Source: Nitrospirota bacterium (GTDB lineage Bacteria > Nitrospirota > Nitrospiria > JACQBW01). Taken from it: a DNA stretch of 64,000 nt. This document shows, piece by piece, positions 57,230 to 64,000 of the stretch. Under the pieces are notes generated by a model. The model saw only the letters and a program-made list of their open reading frames with translations. It ran no database searches and was not told the origin of the DNA. Position 1 is the first letter of the stretch; each line of letters starts with the position of its first letter. The stretch lies in assembly GCA_016194305.1 (NCBI GenBank), contig JACQBW010000019.1, forward strand, positions 47,204 to 111,203. The letters run 5' to 3'. The position numbers were made by a program, and so were the translations under genes.

Positions 57230-59975
57230 TGAAATGGATAATTTTTATCACGATTTGAATGGCATCTCTCCAAAAGCCGCACGTGCGTTCCAGACGATCG
57301 GAGAAGAACTCCACGGAGAACTTTCATCCGAAGTGTTTCAATCCTGGTTTCACCTGGGTTCCGTGATTTCCTACTCTTCCTCTGCCAACGGAATACGATA
57401 TTTTAACGAAAGCGGCCAACAGATCAGAAAAATGGCCTCACACGCCTCTTTGAACCTTCTCCTTCAAAAGGGAATTCAACTCGGATTTGCTCAAAACAGC
57501 ATGGCGCTGGACTATTTCCGCATGCTCTCCGAATTGATTCATATTTATCCGGCAGAGGTCATCTCCCATTGGGCTGATATCGGGAAAGAGATTGCCGAAA
57601 CAGACTATTTGACAGGATCGGAATATTTCAAATCTGGATCGGCCATTCTAAATGTGTTGGATCCGCCCCTGCTGAAACCCTGGGGCAGTATCGGTCTCCT
57701 GCTATCTCAGGAAGATCGCCTCAATAAATCATTCATGACCCTGGAATATTTCCGTACGACCCCGGAGTTCTTCAGACAGGTCAAGAAAGCTTCTTTTTAC
57801 CCGCAATGCCTATACATCGGACACGCGCTCGCCTTGCAAGTGCCAAAGGATACCTTGTCCTATTTTAAAACGCTCCCGCAAATATTTAAAAACCTCCCTC
57901 AGAACGAAGGTACGGAACTTATTTTTTCACTTGCCGCAGAACTTGCGTTTCAGACGCCGGTCGCTGTTGTTGATTTCCTCACTCATGCAACAGACGTATT
58001 GAAAATGATGAATGGAAGTCTCCATTCATTAAAAAGGTTTGTCGAAACGGGCAGTCAGATGCATGCACCTCCTGACGCAATTAAATCCTTTTTCTCTCTA
58101 AAGTCAAAAAAATCGATTGAGGCAATTCAAGAGTTGTCCCATGCCATTTTTCTGTCCGAAGTCAGGAAACGTCTTACTTACTTTGCGGAGATGATTACCG
58201 GGCATCCGGTTGAAATTCTGCCGGGTCCCATTCCTTCAAGTTATTTTAAAAATCAAACGGGAACGATTCTTTTGCCGGAAAAAATTAATCGCTATACGAA
58301 CAAGGAAGACAATTATAAACTTTATAAAATGATGCTTTTACATGAGTCGGCTCATATCGAATTTGGAAGTTATGCGCCTCTCTCCCTCCACGCTCTCGAG
58401 GAACTCGAAACCCTCTTCCCTGGAAACAGGGGCCTTTCTGTAGATCCGTGTCCGGTCTGGAATTATTTTCCGGATCCGGTGCTAGCCCAGAATCTATGGA
58501 CCATTGCGGAGGAATCACGGATCGATTTTCTCCTTCGATCCGAGTATCCCGGAGCTGTTAAAGATTTGAGTCCTATTTTACAATCTCAAAAGTCAGTCCG
58601 GCCTGACCTGTTTAATCTCCCGGAAGAAAAAGGGATTATGGAGGCTCTCTTCCAGCTTTCCGTCCACGAAAATATCGTGGTTCCACTCCCGATTGCCAAT
58701 CTTGTCTCCTCTGTTTTTGCGGACCTGAAAACGCTCTGGCGCCCTGGAAGTTCGAACGAGAATACACTCCATACCGTTTGCGTTATTTATCAAAAGATCC
58801 AAAACAAGATCAACATATCCCTTCCTGGAGTCAAGACCCCGGAACTTATTCCAGTTGAAGAGATGATTCCAAATTACGGTATCATTCCCGAGAGTGCCTT
58901 TTCACATCATGGTCTGATCACACCTGAACTTGCGTTTCAGACTGATTCCGCGCAGAACAATTTCATCCGTAATCTGAACATGACCGAAAAAGACAATCTC
59001 TCTTCCAAACAGGGGAATCCTCTTGTTCCAAATGTTCAAGCAAATAAAGATGAAGCAAATCTTCCCTTGAACTGGAAAGGGAATAAATCAGAAGGTTTCA
59101 GTTACGACGAATGGGACTGGATGATTCAGGATTACAAACCCGGCTGGTGCAGCGTCATCGAAAAAAGGGTAGATTCTTCACAAAAGGCGTCCGCAGTGAT
59201 GGAAAGCTCCCGAGGATCCCTCCTTTCGATTCGGAGGTATTTTGAAAAATTGAAACCTGAAAATATTCATAAAACAAGAAAAGAGTATGAGGGAGAAGAA
59301 CTTGATTTTGATCGAATTGTCGACCTGGTCGTCGATATCCGGACCGGAACGCCGCCCTCTGAGAATTTCTATATCAGAAGAGCCAAGAGAGTCCGGAACA
59401 TCTCGGTCGCCTTATTGGTTGATTTGAGCGGTTCGACCGGCCAGGCGATTCCTGGAAGTAAGAAAAGAGTCATCGACATAGAAAAAGAGAGTCTGCACCT
59501 GATGGCCGAAGCGTTAAAAACAATCGGAGACGACTACGGTATATTCGGGTTCTCCGGACAATCCCGCAATTCGGTTGAATTCTATATCATTAAGGATTTC
59601 AATATGAAGAATGATTCTTCGATGCGAATCAATTTGGAATCCCTTGAACCACTCGGACAGAACCGGGATGGCGCGGCCATCCGTCACCTGATTGAAAAAC
59701 TTTCTCATCGGGACGCCAGGACGAAGCTATTTATTACCATTAGCGATGGCAAGCCATTGGATGACGACTATTCCGACCTCTATGCGCTCGAAGACACAAA
59801 ACAGGCGTTAAAAGAAGCAAGGCAGAAAGGAATCCACCCTTTTTGTATCACGGTGGACAAGCAGGCCAACGATTATATTAAGAAGATGTACCAGGATGTA
59901 AACTTTACTTATATTTCTGATATCGAAACTTTACCCATTAAACTTCCCCTGATCTACAAAAAATTGACGACTTGA
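57222..59975 (+). CDS. NorD/CbbO-like protein with C-terminal von Willebrand factor A domain and an internal HExxH motif
   Basis: 917 aa. The C-terminal ~200 aa carry the MIDAS motif LLVDLSGST, then GQNRDGAAIRH, ITISDGKPLD, EARQKGIHPFCITVD and LPLIYKKL, as in NorD/CbbO. HESAH is at nt 58341-58355. The N-terminal ~650 aa are helical with no recognised domain. Confidence 0.8.
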   Translation: MPSEMDNFYHDLNGISPKAARAFQTIGEELHGELSSEVFQSWFHLGSVISYSSSANGIRYFNESGQQIRKMASHASLNLLLQKGIQLGFAQNSMALDYFRMLSELIHIYPAEVISHWADIGKEIAETDYLTGSEYFKSGSAILNVLDPPLLKPWGSIGLLLSQEDRLNKSFMTLEYFRTTPEFFRQVKKASFYPQCLYIGHALALQVPKDTLSYFKTLPQIFKNLPQNEGTELIFSLAAELAFQTPVAVVDFLTHATDVLKMMNGSLHSLKRFVETGSQMHAPPDAIKSFFSLKSKKSIEAIQELSHAIFLSEVRKRLTYFAEMITGHPVEILPGPIPSSYFKNQTGTILLPEKINRYTNKEDNYKLYKMMLLHESAHIEFGSYAPLSLHALEELETLFPGNRGLSVDPCPVWNYFPDPVLAQNLWTIAEESRIDFLLRSEYPGAVKDLSPILQSQKSVRPDLFNLPEEKGIMEALFQLSVHENIVVPLPIANLVSSVFADLKTLWRPGSSNENTLHTVCVIYQKIQNKINISLPGVKTPELIPVEEMIPNYGIIPESAFSHHGLITPELAFQTDSAQNNFIRNLNMTEKDNLSSKQGNPLVPNVQANKDEANLPLNWKGNKSEGFSYDEWDWMIQDYKPGWCSVIEKRVDSSQKASAVMESSRGSLLSIRRYFEKLKPENIHKTRKEYEGEELDFDRIVDLVVDIRTGTPPSENFYIRRAKRVRNISVALLVDLSGSTGQAIPGSKKRVIDIEKESLHLMAEALKTIGDDYGIFGFSGQSRNSVEFYIIKDFNMKNDSSMRINLESLEPLGQNRDGAAIRHLIEKLSHRDARTKLFITISDGKPLDDDYSDLYALEDTKQALKEARQKGIHPFCITVDKQANDYIKKMYQDVNFTYISDIETLPIKLPLIYKKLTT

Positions 59976-59986
59976 GACCTGAAGGG

Positions 59987-60379
59987 CTATTTCGAACAAA
60001 TTTTGAGTTGATTGAGTTTCTTTTCTAAATCATGAACGGTATAAGGCTTGACCATGACGCCTAGAAAACCATGCCTCTTGTAGTCCGCCATAATGGGGTC
60101 GTTAAAATAGCCGCTCGAAATGATCACCTTCACGCCAGGATCAATTCCCTTCAATTGTTTCAAAATCTCAATACCGTCAAGATCTCCCGGTAGGGTCAAA
60201 TCCGTGATAACAAAGTCAAAATTCAGATTGGATTCATGATGTTTCTTGAAGTGATGGATGGCTTCTTTTCCACCCTCTGCCGTGGTGACTTCAAATCCAA
60301 GGTATCTAAGCATCTCCCGGACGACTTCCAGGACGCTCACTTCGTCATCGACGACCAGAACTCTCTTTTTTCCTGACAT
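59987..60379 (-). CDS. single-domain response regulator
   Basis: Start moved to ATG 60379 (MSGKKRVLVVDDE). ITDLTLPG, ISSGY, VKPY. A close paralogue of the C-terminal receiver of the 28813..31926 kinase. Confidence 0.8.
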   Translation of the reverse strand: MSGKKRVLVVDDEVSVLEVVREMLRYLGFEVTTAEGGKEAIHHFKKHHESNLNFDFVITDLTLPGDLDGIEILKQLKGIDPGVKVIISSGYFNDPIMADYKRHGFLGVMVKPYTVHDLEKKLNQLKICSK

Positions 60380-60735
60380 CCAGCGATCCTTTATTTCTTC
60401 CGAATCAAAAGACAAATGGGAATCGTGTCGGCTCTTCCGTTTGCCCGGGAAAATCTCTTTCTGTTCCTGAATAGAAATTTTCCATAAATTCATTTTAGGA
60501 CCTATTCTGAAGATAGATAGAAAGGATCTAAATTATTGCGAGTATAAAAGAGCATAAAGTATGCCCTAAAGAGGGAAATAGAAAAATTGAAAACGACGAA
60601 CTAAAATACCAAGCAATATCAGATAGTTAAATATTACATTGGCTTTTGGAGGCGAGCAAAAACGAAATTAATTGGAATTTTCTATTCAGGATTATTATCT
60701 AAACAGATACAAAGATAAATCGTAAAGGATACAAA

Positions 60736-62673
60736 CTAGTCAATCTCAACATTTAATTGCGCCAAAAGACGGCTTCCTATTTCATCGCCGAGCGGGTATT
60801 CCCTATGAACGGCATGTAAAAGATTGAAGACAGAAATTCCGAGTTCCATTTTATCTTTCCAGAACCGGTAACCCAATTTAAAATTCACCTGAGTATATGC
60901 AGGAATATCGGTCAGAACCACCGGGCCGACTAGCTCCGTTGTAGGAAAATGAACCGCTGTCTGGTAATAAATTTCCGTTCGAGCCGTAAAATTCCTCAAA
61001 AATTTAATTTCCCCACCTGCATTGATCTTCTGAGTCGGTCCGGCCCGGACAGCTGAATTATAAGGATTCAGGACCGTATCAAGACCTTCCAGTGATTGAT
61101 GAAGCTCCTGGTAGGCATAATTACCAAAGAGTTTTAGTCTTCTATTCACCGACAATTGGCCGGATATTTCTCCGCCATAGATATCCACATTGATGAGATT
61201 GGTAATCGAGATACCCTGAACATCGATCAGATCCTTTAACTGATTATAATAAAGATTTATTTCGGTAGTCAGTTGTTCAAAAAGAAGCACGGAGTAACCG
61301 GCCTCATAGGACTCGATCCGTTCGGGATTGAGATTCGAGGTTGGAAGGGCTATAAATGTTTGATACATCTCAAGAGGCGTCGGAGTGCGATACGCTTCGC
61401 TGTGAGACAATCGAATCCGTTGATGCCAGGTTTCAAATCGGTAAATCAGCGACTCGCGGGGTGACACGAGACGGGGATGCATCGTGTCAAAATTGATATC
61501 GTCATATCTCGCACCCGCGATAAGGGTGAGTGCATCTAGCGGAGTCCACTCTCCCTGGAAATAGGCTGCAAATAACTCGATTTGATGTCTTCCGCCGATC
61601 AGGTCGCCTCTCACGTCGGTCAATCGGTAGTTCGCTCCCGTGACGAGCTCGAATTCCGGGAAAAGGAGGAACAGATGTTGACCCTCCACATGATAGAGAT
61701 CAAAGGCATAATTGAGAAGGGGATCCGGATAATATGGAAGCTGACTCAGTGAGCTTGGAAAAAGTACGGGATCCGTATCGAAGTAATAAAAGTCGGTTTT
61801 ATAATTGAACGTATTCCAGTACACCCGAAGATAAGATTCCTTCTCTTCGTAACCTCCTTGAAGATAAGCCTGGCGAATCCCGCTCGAACCGAGTCCATTA
61901 TCGAATAGCGGGCCATCATAACGGGGCGTATCTGATATGCCGGCGGAAAAACTGACTTTTTTCCCTGGTTCAAATTCATGGAGTGCCAGGAAATTGCCTC
62001 GATAAACCTCCTTCCCGATAGCGCCCGAGTCCCTCCACTTTTTGAATCTTTCATAGCCCCCCGAGATTTTATATTCAACAGATCCTGTTTCTCCCCCGAA
62101 GAGGAAATGACCATTGGGATAATCTTTCCCATCGCCAGTGAGAAAAATGTGGATCCCTTTCACATCAGCGGGACTCTTGGAAATAATATTCACGACACCA
62201 TCAAAGGCATTGGCACCCCAGACGGCAGAACCCGGGCCTCGAATAATTTCAATCCGTTCAATTTCATTTAGACCAATCGGGAAAGAGCTCCAAAAAACCA
62301 GATTTTCAAGCTCTTCATGCACAGTTCTCCCGTCGATGAGGACAAGGAGCTTGTTTGCAAGGAGTTGATTGTCACCTCTGATGCTCACAATATGTTCGGC
62401 CGATGTGGTCTCCATCACTTCCATGCCTGGAACGCCTCGCAACAGATCCGGAAGATTCGTGGCGCCGCTCGCCTGAATTTCCTCGGCAGAAATGACTGAA
62501 ATCGTGGATGGGGACTGGTAGACAGATTGGAGGTGTCTCGAGGGGGTAACCACCATCTGTTCCTCGGACATAACAGATAACGCGTCGGAATCATGCGAAG
62601 AAAGGTCTTCCGAAAAGGCGTCATTATGTAAAATCAGAAGGAGCGATACGAAAACGAATATCTCTTTTCTCAT
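60736..62673 (-). CDS. TonB-dependent outer-membrane receptor
   Basis: 645 aa with a signal peptide. TonB-box-like MVVTPSR, plug motifs (NLPDLLRGVPGMEV, IRG, IDGR, IEIIRGPGSAVWGANAF) and a long beta-barrel. Confidence 0.9.
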   Translation of the reverse strand: MRKEIFVFVSLLLILHNDAFSEDLSSHDSDALSVMSEEQMVVTPSRHLQSVYQSPSTISVISAEEIQASGATNLPDLLRGVPGMEVMETTSAEHIVSIRGDNQLLANKLLVLIDGRTVHEELENLVFWSSFPIGLNEIERIEIIRGPGSAVWGANAFDGVVNIISKSPADVKGIHIFLTGDGKDYPNGHFLFGGETGSVEYKISGGYERFKKWRDSGAIGKEVYRGNFLALHEFEPGKKVSFSAGISDTPRYDGPLFDNGLGSSGIRQAYLQGGYEEKESYLRVYWNTFNYKTDFYYFDTDPVLFPSSLSQLPYYPDPLLNYAFDLYHVEGQHLFLLFPEFELVTGANYRLTDVRGDLIGGRHQIELFAAYFQGEWTPLDALTLIAGARYDDINFDTMHPRLVSPRESLIYRFETWHQRIRLSHSEAYRTPTPLEMYQTFIALPTSNLNPERIESYEAGYSVLLFEQLTTEINLYYNQLKDLIDVQGISITNLINVDIYGGEISGQLSVNRRLKLFGNYAYQELHQSLEGLDTVLNPYNSAVRAGPTQKINAGGEIKFLRNFTARTEIYYQTAVHFPTTELVGPVVLTDIPAYTQVNFKLGYRFWKDKMELGISVFNLLHAVHREYPLGDEIGSRLLAQLNVEID

Positions 62674-62698
62674 CGATAGGCATTATACTGATTTGAAA

Positions 62699-64000
62699 TC
62701 ATATTTCAAGACCTGATAATGGCAAGGTAAAAGAAAATCGACTCCCTTTTCCCAACTCACTCGATACCCATAGCTCGCCTCCATGGATCGAAATCAGCTT
62801 CTTGGTTATATATAATCCAAATCCTGTTCCTTTTGTCCCGGCTAAAGCATTATTTTTACCCCGGTAAAAACGATCAAATATCCGCTCGGCATCTTCCGGA
62901 GAAATTCCAATCCCCCGGTCACTGATCGTCGTCGTCATAAATCCGGCGTTTGTTTGAAACGAAACGCTAATGATGCCGGATGCAGGAGAAAATTTAATTG
63001 CGTTATCCAGCAAATTGATCAAAATCTCTTCAAGTTTGTCCTTGTCCCCGCGTACCATGACATCCCCCGGAGTTTCCACCTTTATTTCAATATTTTTTTC
63101 CTTCATCGGAGACAATAAGCCCAGGATAACTTCATCTAACAAGGAGCGAAATGCAATCGAGACCGGCACCATTTCAATCTTTCCCGATTCAATTCTGGAA
63201 ATTTCCAGGAGATCGTCAATTAAACGGATAAGGCGATCCGCGTTCTTTTTCATTCTTTCCAGATAGTCCGATTGTTTCTCAGTTAAGGGTCCTGGTATTC
63301 TATCCTGCAAGTTGTCGATGTATCCTTTGATTGAAGTTAATGGTGTCTTGAGCTCATGGGAGACGTGAGAGACAAACTCGGATTTTAGGCGATCAACCTC
63401 TTTCATCCGTGAAATATCATGAAATACCGCAACTTGTCCGAACGGAATTCCCGATTCATCCTGTATCGGCGCAATGGTCGCTCTGATCATTCGTGAGCTC
63501 TCGCCATTTCTTCCCGGAATTTCGATATCGTGGCTAAAAACGTGGCTTTCATTCCTAAAGACATCCTTTAAGAATTCCCCGCTCTGACCTGCAAACATCC
63601 TTTCGGCAGCGGGATTAATGAGCACGATGTCCCGTCTTTCATCCACCACGACTACACCATCGGCTATTTCTCGTATTATCCCTTCGCTTTTCTTTTTTTC
63701 ATATAACACCTCCTGCAAAACAGACTCCACTTTATTCGTTCTCTGAATCACTTTCTCTTCAAGAGTTGCATTGGCTTCGGCCAACTGCGCGTTCAGCACT
63801 TGTAACTTCTCCGCATTCGACTTGAGCTCGCGATTCCGGGAAGCGATAGACCGGGTCATCTGATTAAAAATCTCAGTGAGTTCGCCCACTTCATCCTGAT
63901 TGACAACGGGTGCAATTTGAGAAAGATCTCCTTCAGACACCTTTCTGGTAAAATAAGCAAGCGTTTCAAGAGGCTTGAAATATCGGGACGACAGTCCATA
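62699..64000 (-). CDS. HAMP-PAS sensor histidine kinase, N-terminus beyond the window end
   Basis: The ORF-track M at 63940 is a GTG inside a HAMP domain ([13 protein letters not shown]). The frame stays open to nt 64000 ([21 protein letters not shown]...). H-box [10 protein letters not shown]-box [21 protein letters not shown]. Confidence 0.85.
   Translation of the reverse strand, partial: YGLSSRYFKPLETLAYFTRKVSEGDLSQIAPVVNQDEVGELTEIFNQMTRSIASRNRELKSNAEKLQVLNAQLAEANATLEEKVIQRTNKVESVLQEVLYEKKKSEGIIREIADGVVVVDERRDIVLINPAAERMFAGQSGEFLKDVFRNESHVFSHDIEIPGRNGESSRMIRATIAPIQDESGIPFGQVAVFHDISRMKEVDRLKSEFVSHVSHELKTPLTSIKGYIDNLQDRIPGPLTEKQSDYLERMKKNADRLIRLIDDLLEISRIESGKIEMVPVSIAFRSLLDEVILGLLSPMKEKNIEIKVETPGDVMVRGDKDKLEEILINLLDNAIKFSPASGIISVSFQTNAGFMTTTISDRGIGISPEDAERIFDRFYRGKNNALAGTKGTGFGLYITKKLISIHGGELWVSSELGKGSRFSFTLPLSGLEI

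Overview
Mostly core chromosomal DNA from a moderately low-GC bacterium. The gene content suggests a Nitrospirota- or Deltaproteobacteria-like lineage: ferredoxin-dependent 2-oxoacid oxidoreductase, two-subunit class I fumarase, an MtnW-type RuBisCO-like protein, a pilB-pilT-pilC-pilS-pilR block and many sigma54/PAS/GGDEF signalling genes. This taxonomic guess is unverified. I call about 62 protein genes and 2 tRNAs (Lys-UUU, Glu-UUC). I found no rRNA, CRISPR array, transposase or integrase. Housekeeping genes include aspS, guaB-guaA, purA, ispH, hemH, aroE, serB, plsC, rluB and htrA. All functions come from motif and architecture recognition in the supplied translations, with no database search. 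Several starts were moved from the ORF-track start to an internal start that has an RBS or signal peptide.

Items worth a second look:
1. A dispersed, same-orientation structured intergenic element of about 95 nt. It has 5 clear copies and 1 eroded copy. Its hairpin shows compensatory base changes, and the copies mostly abut the stop codons of minus-strand genes.
2. An orphan CbbQ/NorQ-type AAA+ ATPase locus. The ATPase is followed by a GC-rich structured insert, a small membrane protein, and a translationally coupled 917-aa NorD/CbbO-like VWA protein with an internal HExxH motif. No RuBisCO form I/II or NO reductase is nearby.
3. A tightly coupled chain of three BNR/Ycf48-like propeller genes, ferrochelatase and a DUF971 gene. 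The first propeller junction is frame-disrupted.
4. A lone YqaJ-type nuclease gene divergent from an EVE-domain gene.
5. A type IV pilus block that lacks a pilin gene at the canonical position.
6. Degenerate receiver domains: a pseudo-receiver and a receiver relic.

No classical mobile or defence island is evident, and most of the window is ordinary.
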